DNA from: an uncultured Collinsella sp. | GTDB lineage: Bacteria > Actinomycetota > Coriobacteriia > Coriobacteriales > Coriobacteriaceae | Assembly (NCBI GenBank): GCA_900541685.1 | Contig: UQKM01000003.1 | Coordinates: 69,576 to 133,575 of the forward strand | Direction: 5' to 3' | DNA: 64,000 nucleotides | Shown: positions 1 to 9,108 of the stretch, piece by piece | Layout: each line of letters starts with the position of its first letter | Position numbering within the stretch: position 1 is the first letter of the stretch | The notes under the pieces: model-generated | Database searches by the model: none | The model's input: the letters and a program-made list of their open reading frames with translations, nothing else | What the model was told of the DNA's origin: nothing | Position numbers and translations under genes: made by a program

Positions 1-54
1 GCCTTCTACGAGCGCAACCTAACCATCAACGGCGCCGAAAGCGTGGAACTCTAA
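1..54 (+). CDS. 3' end of an upstream CDS (partial, product unknown)
   Basis: Open frame runs in from the window edge and ends at TAA 52-54; it overlaps the next ATG (TAAATG). Confidence 0.3.
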   Translation, partial: AFYERNLTINGAESVEL

Positions 55-237
55 ATGCGAGCCGAAGAAATGAAGGCCGAGCGTGGGGCTCAGCTTATTG
101 ATCGGGGTTTACAGCTGTTCGTCGCCGCTTGCCATGAGTCAGGGGTCGACGTGTCCAAGGCGCGACCAACGAGTGCTGAAGAACTCAAGCGCAACGCCTA
201 TTCGGACCGCTATGACGAGGAGACGGACTGGCTCTAA
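55..237 (+). CDS. hypothetical small protein (60 aa)
   Basis: ORF is translationally coupled to the preceding stop (TAAATG). No recognisable domain. Confidence 0.3.
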   Translation: MRAEEMKAERGAQLIDRGLQLFVAACHESGVDVSKARPTSAEELKRNAYSDRYDEETDWL

Positions 238-346
238 TAAGCGAAGTGTCGAAAACGCTAGATGTATGTTTGATATCACTTTGGCGAGAGTGTCGCAGAC
301 AGAACTACCGGTATGGCGCAAGCCAACCTGACCCCATTGCGCCAAA

Positions 347-379
347 CCTACCAAAAAGGGACAGGTTTATTTTGGCAGG
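347..379 (+). repeat. hairpin repeat A1 (CCTACCAAAAAGGGACAGGTTTATTTTGGCAGG + conserved 3' flank TTTTATCTGGGCAAA)
   Basis: One of five near-identical copies. Confidence 0.9.
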
Positions 380-628
380 TTTTATCTGGGCAAATGCCAC
401 AACGCCAACGGCAAGACGGAACTGCTAAGGCTTGCAGATGAAGCCGACGCCAGCGAAACGCCGCAGGTAGAGCGCACGCCAGCGAGAGCCCGCCGTTTGA
501 GCCAAGGTGCCGTGAAATGAAAAGGCGCTGACCTTCTGGTCGCGTCTTTGAAATTGAACGGCAGATTGGCCAAACGGCGGGCTCGCAGCGTCGAGGGGTT
601 CCGGCGTTTGGTAAAACGCCGGAACAAA

Positions 629-1564
629 TCAGTGTTCGATCCAGCAGCGAAGCGTCTCGCCAGCCTGAAGATGACGAAGGTTCTCGGCGGCGATGTCGAC
701 GACGTTGTTGAGCGTGGCCTCTAGGTGGAACCAGCCGGAGACGTGCGGCGTGATGAGCATGTTGGGCGCATCCCACAGGGGGCTTGCCGCGGGCAGCGGC
801 TCGGGGTCGGTGACATCGACCGCGGCGCCGGCAAGGTGTCCGGACTCGAGTGCTGCAACCAGGTCGTCGGCAACCACAAGGTCACCGCGGCCGCCGTTGG
901 CAAAGAAGGCGCCCGGCTTCATCGCGGCGAAGAACTCGGCATTCGCAAGACCGCGGGTCTCGGGCGTGCTGGGCATAAAGGATGCGACGATATCAGCCTC
1001 GGCCAGGCGCTCGGACAGGGCGTCCATGCCGTCCATGTCCTCAAATACAATGGGGTAGACGAGCGGATGACGCTTGATGCCGCGGACGTGCGCGCCCATG
1101 TTGCGGCAGAGCGTTGCGAAGTGACCGCCAATGTCGCCCGCGCCCAGCACCAGCACATTGGCATTTTTGAGCGAGGTGACCGGGCCCAAGTCCTCCCAGC
1201 GATGCTCGCGCTGCAAGTCGTGGTAGCCGGGCAGGCGCTTCATCATGGAAAGGACCATGGCAAACATGTGCTCGCTCACGGCCTGGCCGTAGGCGCCGAT
1301 TGAGCAAGACAGCTTGGCGTCGGCCGGCACGGTGCCGGCGGCAAGGTAGTCGTCATAGCCCGCGGTCTGCAGTTGCAGCAGTTGAAGGTGCTCGCATGCG
1401 GGGAGCATGGCGGGGTCAACGTTGCCCAGAATCACGTCGGCGTCAGCGACTTGCTCGTGCGTGACAGCGTCGGCGCTCGTGTAGATAAAGTCCTCGCCCG
1501 GAGCGCTCGACTCGAGGATCGCTCGATGGCGGTCGTTGACGGGCAACAAAACCAAGATGTTCAC
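629..1564 (-). CDS. D-isomer-specific 2-hydroxyacid dehydrogenase, NAD-binding (PGDH-like)
   Basis: GAGDIGG Rossmann motif and the 2-hydroxyacid dehydrogenase catalytic region. Start re-called to the GTG at 1564, 6 nt after GGAGAGGA; the longer ORF N-terminus is a translation of repeat element A2. Confidence 0.85.
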   Translation of the reverse strand: MNILVLLPVNDRHRAILESSAPGEDFIYTSADAVTHEQVADADVILGNVDPAMLPACEHLQLLQLQTAGYDDYLAAGTVPADAKLSCSIGAYGQAVSEHMFAMVLSMMKRLPGYHDLQREHRWEDLGPVTSLKNANVLVLGAGDIGGHFATLCRNMGAHVRGIKRHPLVYPIVFEDMDGMDALSERLAEADIVASFMPSTPETRGLANAEFFAAMKPGAFFANGGRGDLVVADDLVAALESGHLAGAAVDVTDPEPLPAASPLWDAPNMLITPHVSGWFHLEATLNNVVDIAAENLRHLQAGETLRCWIEH

Positions 1565-1584
1565 AAGCAGTCCTCTCCGTTCAA

Positions 1585-1617
1585 CCTGCCAAAAAGGGAC
1601 AGGTTTATTTTGGCAGG
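1585..1617 (+). repeat. hairpin repeat A2
   Basis: CCTGCCAAAAAGGGACAGGTTTATTTTGGCAGG, between the map stop and the HDH start. Confidence 0.9.
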
Positions 1618-1693
1618 TTTTATCAGGCAAAACGTTCAAACGAAACGCCGGATGCAAGACGAGCATGCCCGTCAGCATCCGGCGCATCCACAG

Positions 1694-2581
1694 CTACCAG
1701 CTCAGCAGCTCGTAACCGTCCTCGGTCACCACGAGCTGTACTTCGCACTGGGCCGAATCGCTACCGTCCTTGGTGCGCACACACCAACCGTCACCCTTGC
1801 TGATCTTGATGTCGGGCGCTCCGGCATTGACCATGGGCTCGATGGTAAAGACCATGCCCGGAGCCATGATGGTGTCCACGTCGGGCGCCTCGGTGGTAAA
1901 GCCCACAAACGGGTCCTCGTGGAACTCCTTGCCAATGCCGTGTCCGCCGTACTCGCGCACCACGCTAAAACCGGCATCCTCGACGGTCTTTTGCACGGCC
2001 TCGGCCATAACGGAGAGCGGCAGCCACGGCTTGACGGCGGCCAGGCCCGCTTCCACGCTGGCGCGGGTGACATCGACCAGGCGCCGGCGCTCAGCTGAGA
2101 CCTCGCCGATGCAGAACATGCGGCTCGAGTCGCTAAAGTAGCCGTCCAAGATCGTGGAGCAGTCCACGTTGATGATGTCGCCCTCGTGCAGCACATCCGC
2201 ATCGCAGGGGATACCGTGGCAGACGACGTCGTTGATCGAGGTGCACACGCTCTTGGGGTAGCCCTCGTAGTTGAGGTCGGCCGGCGTGCCACCGTGCTCG
2301 ACGGTGTAGTCGTAGATCATCTGGTCGATCTGGTTGGTGGTCATGCCCGCGGCGGTGTGCTCGCCCACGTAGTCGAGCACGCCCACGTTGATAGCCGCCG
2401 AGCGCTTGATGCCCTCGATATCGGCGGGCGTTTTGTAGAGCGTGCGGGGCAGAACCTCCCAGCCCTCTTCCCACAAGCGCTCGAGGCGCTCATCAAAGGC
2501 GCTATGGCATTTCTTATATTTCTTGCCGCTGCCGCACCAGCAAGCGTCGTTGCGGCCGGGCATGGGTCCTTTGTCAAACAT
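1694..2581 (-). CDS. map: type I methionine aminopeptidase with N-terminal SEC-C zinc-finger motif
   Basis: MetAP fold residues (HGIGxxFHE) plus N-terminal PGRNDACWCGSGKKYKKCH. Start at the ATG 7 nt after GAAAGGAAG. Confidence 0.9.
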   Translation of the reverse strand: MFDKGPMPGRNDACWCGSGKKYKKCHSAFDERLERLWEEGWEVLPRTLYKTPADIEGIKRSAAINVGVLDYVGEHTAAGMTTNQIDQMIYDYTVEHGGTPADLNYEGYPKSVCTSINDVVCHGIPCDADVLHEGDIINVDCSTILDGYFSDSSRMFCIGEVSAERRRLVDVTRASVEAGLAAVKPWLPLSVMAEAVQKTVEDAGFSVVREYGGHGIGKEFHEDPFVGFTTEAPDVDTIMAPGMVFTIEPMVNAGAPDIKISKGDGWCVRTKDGSDSAQCEVQLVVTEDGYELLSW

Positions 2582-2666
2582 GGCTAACTTCCTTTCATTC
2601 GCAGCTAGTATAGCCCACCCGCAGCCCCGTCCCAAAAAGACTGCCCTGGGCGGCTGTGCGGCTCTG

Positions 2667-3443
2667 CTAGTAGCTCACCTGGCAGGGAATGCCGAGGGCT
2701 TGGACGCGCGCGGCAATGGCGTCGAGCACCTCGGGCGCCGCTTTAGCAAGGCCGGCGACCGGTGTCTCGCGCGCCACCGTGTAGATGGTCGCTTCTTGCG
2801 GGCGAATGCGCTCAAGCGCCGCGAGCCAGGGGGCAACGTACTCCTCGCCGGTGTTGTCGATGAGCTTGCCCTGATACTCACCGGTCAAAAAGATCGTCTG
2901 GATAATAACGTGACCGTCAAAGCTTGCGAACGTCTCGATCTGGTGCTCGACGTCGTAGGGGCCGACAGGCTGGTCGAGCAGCTGGATAAACGCCGGGTCG
3001 ACCGTATCGAGCTTAAGAATGTTGTCGTCGACCATCATGAGCGCATCGTGTACCTGGGGACGGTCGGCGCGCGTGCCGTTGGAGAGCACAGCAATCTTGG
3101 TGCTTGGGGCAAGTTCGTCGCGCAGTGCGACGGCACCGGCGATGGCCTGCGGAAACTCCGGCGCGGCGGTGGGCTCGCCGTTGCCTGCGAAGGTGATTAC
3201 ATCGGGGAGCTCGCCCTCGGCTGCCATCTCGTGTAACTTTGCCTCGAGCGCGTCGAGCACCACGGCAGCCGTGTTATACGGCTCGTGGCAGGGGCGCTCG
3301 GCGTTGAGGCCGTTTTCGCAGTAAATGCAGTCGAACGTGCAGATTTTGCCGCTGGCCGGCATCATGTTGACGCCGAGCGAGAGACCAAGGCGGCGGCTGC
3401 GAACGGGCCCAAAGATGGGGCTGGCATTCAAAAACGTAGACAT
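2667..3443 (-). CDS. radical SAM domain protein (COG0731-like Fe-S oxidoreductase)
   Basis: CTFDCIYC (CxxxCxxC) motif preceded by the conserved SRRLGLSLGVN segment. Start chosen at the ATG 9 nt after GAGGAG. Confidence 0.75.
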   Translation of the reverse strand: MSTFLNASPIFGPVRSRRLGLSLGVNMMPASGKICTFDCIYCENGLNAERPCHEPYNTAAVVLDALEAKLHEMAAEGELPDVITFAGNGEPTAAPEFPQAIAGAVALRDELAPSTKIAVLSNGTRADRPQVHDALMMVDDNILKLDTVDPAFIQLLDQPVGPYDVEHQIETFASFDGHVIIQTIFLTGEYQGKLIDNTGEEYVAPWLAALERIRPQEATIYTVARETPVAGLAKAAPEVLDAIAARVQALGIPCQVSY

Positions 3444-3668
3444 AGACATATGCTCCTCAAGACAATTGTGCCTAAGCATAGCATCGGCTCCGAAGCAAGG
3501 TGCGGGCTCTTGCTTTACAAGTTTCGTTTTTGCACGTCGCTCATTATGCCGTGCCATGAAAAGCCTCAGGTCGGGTACAGTTAATCTGTTAACAAAGCGT
3601 AAAGCAATGCGGGTCTATCCAACCGTACTGACGGGCAACTGGATGGGCATTGACGATGGGAACACAGT

Positions 3669-4466
3669 ATGGATTTTACGGTTGAGAATGCGGGCACCAC
3701 GATCGCCTGTCGCGAGTATGCCGGCCCGGTTGTATCGTCCGATACGCCCGCCTTGGTGTGCGTGCACGGCGCCTGCGTCGACGGCGTCTTCTTTGACGCC
3801 ATCGCCCGCGAGCTCAGCCAAGTGTGCCGCGTCATTGCCTACGACCGCCGCGGCTGCGGCGAGAGCGGCGACGCTGCAGACGGACGCTACGACCTCGCCG
3901 CCCAAGCCGCCGACCTGCAGGCCGTTATCGAGCATATCGGCGCTCCAGCAAACGTGCTCGCGCATAGTGCCGGTACGTTGGTGACCCTGGAGCTTCTCTG
4001 TGCCAACCCGACCTTTGTCTCGCGTGCGATTCTGCATGAACCCGCCGTGACAAGCGAAGGCGCCGGCCTGGGTGCGGCCCCGGTTTTACTCGAGATGATT
4101 GCTGCGGGAAAGGTCTCGAGGGCATTAAGGGTCTTCCTGGGCGCCATCGGCGATTCGGACCTTCAAGCCCCCAAGTTAACCGAGGCAGAAGCCAAGCATG
4201 CCCTGCGCAACGGTCGCAGTTTCATGGCAAACGAATACGAGACCACTATGACCTGCGTTCCCGATTGGAAACGCGTCCGCGCATCGAAAACGGTGGCCGC
4301 CGTGTTCCTGGGCGAGCTCTCGATTGGCACGCCCCGCGAGGCGGGCACGAGGACAGCGGCTGAGCTTTTGGATTGTCCGCTCGCAGTAGTTCCCGGCGCG
4401 CACAACGGGCTGCGCGATCGCCCAACAGCGGCCGCCCAGGCTGTTCGAGGCATCCTGGGGCTCTAG
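3669..4466 (+). CDS. alpha/beta-fold hydrolase
   Basis: VCVHGACVDG oxyanion region and HSAGT nucleophile elbow. Confidence 0.7.
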   Translation: MDFTVENAGTTIACREYAGPVVSSDTPALVCVHGACVDGVFFDAIARELSQVCRVIAYDRRGCGESGDAADGRYDLAAQAADLQAVIEHIGAPANVLAHSAGTLVTLELLCANPTFVSRAILHEPAVTSEGAGLGAAPVLLEMIAAGKVSRALRVFLGAIGDSDLQAPKLTEAEAKHALRNGRSFMANEYETTMTCVPDWKRVRASKTVAAVFLGELSIGTPREAGTRTAAELLDCPLAVVPGAHNGLRDRPTAAAQAVRGILGL

Positions 4467-4676
4467 CAGTCGCAATCATCAAAACAGGCTTTTCCGTAAA
4501 CGTTTCGGCTGTGTTAACAAGGGCGCTCAAAACCCAACGTCTGCGGCATCAGCCCTGCCGTCTGCCAACTCATAAAAAAGAAACGGTATTCACGTGCGTA
4601 CCTGCATCGACAAGGTGCTACCCTTGTAACATTTGGTACCCACTGCTACCAAGCGAAACTACTGAAAGGGCCCCCT

Positions 4677-6556
4677 ATGCTCAATAATCACGAGGCCAAT
4701 CTAACCGACGAGGAGGCTGCCGCCGAGGTCGCCCGTGTCGCGAAGACCTACCCCGTGGTACGTTTGCTGTCGGCCGACCAGATAACGGGCGATCCCAACT
4801 GCCTGCTCGCCGGCGATCGGTGTCCCTGTCTGCGCCAGTCAGGTCTGGAGGTCTTGGCAGGTTCCGGTGAGGTGTCGGAACGGCTGCTCAACGATGGCGT
4901 TGAGTACCGCGCTCGCTTGCGCCCTCTGAAGGTCGAGGGCGAGCCTCACGTCCTGCTGATGGTGCGTCCGATTGATGAACAGGAGACTGCAGAAGAGGAC
5001 CTTGTCTACACCGACGTGCTGACGAACGTGCGCAATCGCCGATATTACGAGGAAAAGCTTCGCAGCGCCCGCATGCAGGCCGGTGTGGCCATGATCGACC
5101 TTGATGATTTTAGGGCCTTCAACGATACGTATGGCCGCCATGCCGGCGACCTTGCGCTTGGTGCCGTGGCGACGGCCATACGCAGCGGTGTTCGTTCGAC
5201 TGACGAGCTTGTGCGTTTTGGCTGCGATAAGTTTGTGGCCGTCATGCCCAATATTCCCTCTGATGACTTTGCCCGTCGTCTGCGTCAAGTATCCGATGCC
5301 GTTCATTCCACGATTATTCCGGGGCATGAGCGCGTTAGCTTGACGGCATGCGTTGGTGGCGTTCGCATTAATGGCGAAACGGTCGATGAGGGCGTTAGCC
5401 AGGCTGTCCAATTATTGAGCCGCGCTAAGGCAAAAGCCGGTACAGTCGTGACCGATGCCGAATCCATCGAGGCCTTCCAAAGCGAAAAGCCTACGGTGCT
5501 TATTGTCGATGACTCCGAGATGAACCGAGCCATTCTCAACGAGATGCTCAAGGACGAGTATTGCATCCTCGAGGCCGATAACGGTCGCGCGGCGCTCGAC
5601 ATGGTCGACCGCTATGGCGATGAGTTGTCGCTCGTGCTGCTGGACATTGTCATGCCGGGCATGAACGGCTTTGAGGTGCTGGGCGATCTGTCGCGTCGAT
5701 CGAATATTGACAATTTGCCCGTCATCATGATCTCGAGCGAAGATTCCGACGAAGTGGTGCTGCGCGCGTATGAGCTGGGTGCCTCGGACTATGTCAACCG
5801 CCCGTTTGACTCCCGTGTCGTGCGCCGCCGTGTAAGCAACACCATCCGCCTGTACGCCAAACAGCGTCGTCTAACGAGCCTGCTGTCCCAACAGTACAAC
5901 GAGCGCGTCAAGAACAGCCGCATGCTCATTGACATCATGGCCGGCGTCATGGAGCTCCGCAATGGCGAGAGCGGCAGGCACGTTGCGAACATCGAGAAGC
6001 TGACCGAGCTACTGCTTGCCTGCCTGGTCCAGCGTAGCGACAACATCTCCCTCGACAACGAGGAGCGCTCCACGATTGCCCTGGCTTCGGCGCTGCACGA
6101 TATCGGCAAGATGTCGATTGACGATGCGATTCTCAACAAGCCCGGGCGCCTCACGCCCGAAGAGTTCGAGATTATGAAGACGCATACCACGATCGGCGCC
6201 GACATGCTGCGTGAGTTGGGTCGCCATCACGCCGGCAATGCGCTTATGGAATATGCGTACCAGATTGCGCCTGGCATCACGAGCGCTGGGACGGCAAAGG
6301 TTATCCCGACGGCCTTAAGGGCGACGATATTCCCATCGCCGCACAGGTGGTGTCGGTGGCTGACGTGTACGATGCGCTGACGAGCGTGCGCGTGTACAAG
6401 GATGCTATTCCGCACGAGGAGGCGATCCAGATGATCCTGGACGGCAAGTGCGGTACCTTTAACCCGCTGCTGCTCGACTGCCTGCTCGAGGTGCAAGACC
6501 GTATTGCCGAAACATTGGCGCGCCCCGCCGAGGTCGTTGCGCTTCCTACGATTTAG
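4677..6556 (+). CDS. degenerate GGDEF / REC receiver / HD-GYP c-di-GMP phosphodiesterase; apparent -1 frameshift near 6265-6280 splits it into ORFs 4677-6380 and 6347-6556
   Basis: GGDEF-domain core with RFGCDKF in place of GGDEF. REC domain (LIVDDSEMNR...LLDIVMPGMNG). HD-GYP motifs (HDIGK; HHERWDGKGYP...VADVYDALTS); the HHERWDG segment is read in frame +2 relative to the upstream part. Confidence 0.75.
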
Positions 6557-6579
6557 TTTGACCAAAGGAGTTTGAATCC

Positions 6580-6936
6580 ATGATTTCCATGCGTGAGGCG
6601 TATGAGAAAATCGGCGCCAATTATGATGACGCTTGCACTCGGCTGATGGGCGAGGAGATGCTTGCCCGTTTTGCCCTCAAGTTTTTGGATGACGAGAGCA
6701 TGGACAAGCTGGAAGCTGCCATGGCGGCAGGAGACGCCAGGGAAGCGTTTATGGCGGCGCACACGCTCAAGGGCGTGAGCCAGAACCTGGGATTCGATAA
6801 TCTGTTCGAGCCGGCGGTCGTGGTGACCGAAGCGCTGCGCGGTGCCGATACTGTTGACGGCGCTCGTGAGGGAATGCATGCGCTGCAGCAGCAATATGCG
6901 GCCACGATGTCGGCCCTGCGCGAGGCGGCTGAATAA
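6580..6936 (+). CDS. Hpt (histidine phosphotransfer) domain protein
   Basis: AHTLKGVSQNLG matches the Hpt HxxKG phosphorylatable-His motif. SD AAAGGAG present. Confidence 0.75.
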   Translation: MISMREAYEKIGANYDDACTRLMGEEMLARFALKFLDDESMDKLEAAMAAGDAREAFMAAHTLKGVSQNLGFDNLFEPAVVVTEALRGADTVDGAREGMHALQQQYAATMSALREAAE

Positions 6937-6962
6937 GAGCTTACGTGCATTGTGATGACTAT

Positions 6963-7026
6963 GAGCGTGGATAATCTCCCGTTTTAGGCCCGGTGGCGGT
7001 CTCAAAGTGGGAGATTATCCACGCTC
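6963..7026. repeat. 18-bp perfect inverted repeat (GAGCGTGGATAATCTCCC / GGGAGATTATCCACGCTC) with 28-nt loop
   Basis: Read directly from the sequence. It begins 27 nt after the Hpt stop, at the high-GC / lower-GC transition. Confidence 0.8.
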
Positions 7027-7141
7027 GTTCGGTAAGTGTCCAAAAATTCACTCTCGCGCACTGGCGGGGCTTTCCGCATGCAATCCATATCGTTGTTCGA
7101 TAAACTATTCGGATAACGATAGATTCGATGAGGGTGAGTGT

Positions 7142-7702
7142 ATGTCCAACAGCGTTCAGCGTATGGCCAAGGCGGGCGAGACTGTAAGGAAGCTTGGCTT
7201 TTGCATGGCGGTCGTTTTTGCGGGAATGCTCGTCGCTTTTGCCGCGTTGGTTGTTTACGTGATCTGGTATGCGGTTGCAAACGTTGTTTCTGTCGATTCT
7301 TTCGGTGTCGTGACGCTTCTCGATGGCGGGAGCATCGTTATCCCAAGCGGGCTGTGCCTGGCACTCGTCGTGAGTGTTTCGCTTGTCGTTTTGTGCGGAA
7401 TCAGCCGTGACATTTCGCGGGGCGTATCGCCCTTTACCAGGGCGCATGTGCGGCTTATCCGTGTTCTCGCGCTTGCCTTTGCTGTTAACGCCGCGGTTTC
7501 GCTTGTTGGTGCCTATGGATCGGTCAATCTTACCATTGGTGGGCTGGAGCTTTGCGTCGTGCCTCATTCCTTCGTTATCGCGATTTGCCAGGGCGTTGCC
7601 TTTGACGCGGGGTCGCTTATCGGCGCGGCCGTCTGTTTGTTTGTCTCGGTGATCTGGAGCTATGCCTCGCTGCTCCAGGAGCAGTCTGACGAGCTTGTGT
7701 AG
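7142..7702 (+). CDS. DUF2975-like small polytopic membrane protein
   Basis: About 4 TM helices and about 186 aa. Immediately upstream of a YozG-type XRE regulator, which is the classic DUF2975/HTH pairing. Start at the ATG after GAGGGTGAG. Confidence 0.6.
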   Translation: MSNSVQRMAKAGETVRKLGFCMAVVFAGMLVAFAALVVYVIWYAVANVVSVDSFGVVTLLDGGSIVIPSGLCLALVVSVSLVVLCGISRDISRGVSPFTRAHVRLIRVLALAFAVNAAVSLVGAYGSVNLTIGGLELCVVPHSFVIAICQGVAFDAGSLIGAAVCLFVSVIWSYASLLQEQSDELV

Positions 7703-7710
7703 GAGGAAAC

Positions 7711-8040
7711 ATGAGCTATCTCATCATCGAGCTTGAGACGCAGCTGCTTAAGACCGGAAAGACCAGCTCTGATCTGATTCGTGCCACGGGGCATACTCCG
7801 GCTAATATTTCTAAGCTAAGAAATGGAAAAATTAAAGCTATTCGTCTTAAGACGCTTCTTGAAATCTGTGATGAGCTTGATTGTCAACCGGGAGATATTA
7901 TTCAGCGCGTGAGCGAGAAAGAGCTCGAGGAACTTATTGTCGAGCGCGCGAAGAATGCCGTGAGGCAGATGCGGGATGGCAGAGGCAATGAGGCGTCGCT
8001 TCCGACATCGGTCTTCGCTGTAGATTTGAGCGACGAGTAG
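7711..8040 (+). CDS. XRE-family helix-turn-helix transcriptional regulator (YozG-like)
   Basis: HTH segment DLIRATGHTPANISKLRNGK. Strong SD GGAGGAAAC. Lower GC than the flanking DNA. Confidence 0.8.
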   Translation: MSYLIIELETQLLKTGKTSSDLIRATGHTPANISKLRNGKIKAIRLKTLLEICDELDCQPGDIIQRVSEKELEELIVERAKNAVRQMRDGRGNEASLPTSVFAVDLSDE

Positions 8041-8185
8041 CATAAAAAGAACAACTATAACGAAATATCAGTGTAACGGAACCCGTGTCTAACACGGATT
8101 CTTTGTTTATTAATTATCTTGACAAATATAAGTTATCGGCAAACAATAACATCAAGAACGAACGATAAAAGAAAGGAGGAACGAT

Positions 8186-8314
8186 ATGAGCTGGATTGTA
8201 AAGCCGAGTTATGTGGACCCCGGTGGTGGGTGCAACGGTTACTGCAAGGCATTCTGTGGAGCACGCGTCTGCGTCAATAACTGCAGCAAAAACTTGTGTG
8301 TTGTTAATTTCTAG
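8186..8314 (+). CDS. 42-aa six-cysteine RiPP precursor peptide candidate (MSWIVKPSYVDPGGG-CNGYCKAFCGARVCVNNCSKNLCVVNF)
   Basis: Below the ORF-track length cutoff. Strong SD AAAGGAGGA 6 nt upstream. Leader ends in GGG, then the core carries six Cys spaced every 3-4 residues. Followed by a stem-loop plus T-run, with a rSAM/SPASM enzyme and ABC transporters downstream. Confidence 0.6.
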   Translation: MSWIVKPSYVDPGGGCNGYCKAFCGARVCVNNCSKNLCVVNF

Positions 8315-8322
8315 CAGTTGCA

Positions 8323-8362
8323 GCTGCTGCCAGGCGACAGTCTGGCAGCAGCGGTTTTGTTA
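8323..8362 (+). terminator. intrinsic terminator/attenuator between precursor peptide and downstream ABC genes
   Basis: 11-bp stem GCTGCTGCCAG/CTGGCAGCAGC, loop GCGACAGT, then GGTTTTGTTAT. Confidence 0.6.
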
Positions 8363-8382
8363 TCAAGCAGAATAGGAGGCCA

Positions 8383-9108
8383 ATGAGCGCATCAGCGATA
8401 AAGCTATCAAAGGTGTCAAAGCGCTATGGAAAACGGTGTGTGTTGCATGACGTTTCCTTCGAGGTGAATCAGTCTGAACTTTGCGCCCTTGTTGGTGCAA
8501 ACGGGGCGGGCAAAAGCACGCTTATTAAAATAGTGCTGGGCCTCTGTGAGCCATCGTCGGGGAGCGTGGAGCTCTTTGGAGGCAAGTCGAAAAAAGAGCT
8601 GAGCCTGATGCGTACGCGTGTCGGCTATGTGCCAGATTCCAGCGGAGCATACCAATCCCTCAGTGCGGTGGAGAATCTTCGGATCCGATGTGCGGAATGG
8701 GGGCTCGATGAGACACGTGAGGTTCCTCGCGTCTTGGGCCTAGTCGGGCTGGACGTCGATGAGAAAAAGAGCGTGAGCAGTTTTTCTCTGGGAATGAAAC
8801 GGCGACTGGATATAGCTACGGCTTTGTTGGGCGACACCGATGTACTAATTTTCGATGAGCCGGCAAATGGGTTGGACCCGCTGGGCATCGAGAGTATATG
8901 GGCCCTTATCGGCCGATTGAATCGAGAACAGGGTAAGACCATGCTCATCTCTAGCCATGATTTGGATGAGTTGGCATCGGTTGCAACAAGTTGCGTGTTT
9001 CTTCATGACGGCGAACTGCTAAAAAAGGAATCGATGGACGTCATAAGGGATGGGGCGTCGTCCCTAAAAGAGTATTACAGGCGCTTGATGAAGGCGGTCT
9101 CGCTATGA
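8383..9108 (+). CDS. ABC transporter ATP-binding protein (immunity-type, ABC-2 partner)
   Basis: Walker A GANGAGKST, signature and Walker B motifs. SD AGGAGG. Confidence 0.9.
   Translation: MSASAIKLSKVSKRYGKRCVLHDVSFEVNQSELCALVGANGAGKSTLIKIVLGLCEPSSGSVELFGGKSKKELSLMRTRVGYVPDSSGAYQSLSAVENLRIRCAEWGLDETREVPRVLGLVGLDVDEKKSVSSFSLGMKRRLDIATALLGDTDVLIFDEPANGLDPLGIESIWALIGRLNREQGKTMLISSHDLDELASVATSCVFLHDGELLKKESMDVIRDGASSLKEYYRRLMKAVSL

Noticed and set aside
348-776. ORFs whose N-termini read LPDKTCQNKPVPFWQV (also 629-1687 N-terminal extension, 41655-41766)
   Set aside because: That peptide is the translation of repeat element A, and the CDS starts were moved downstream of the repeats.
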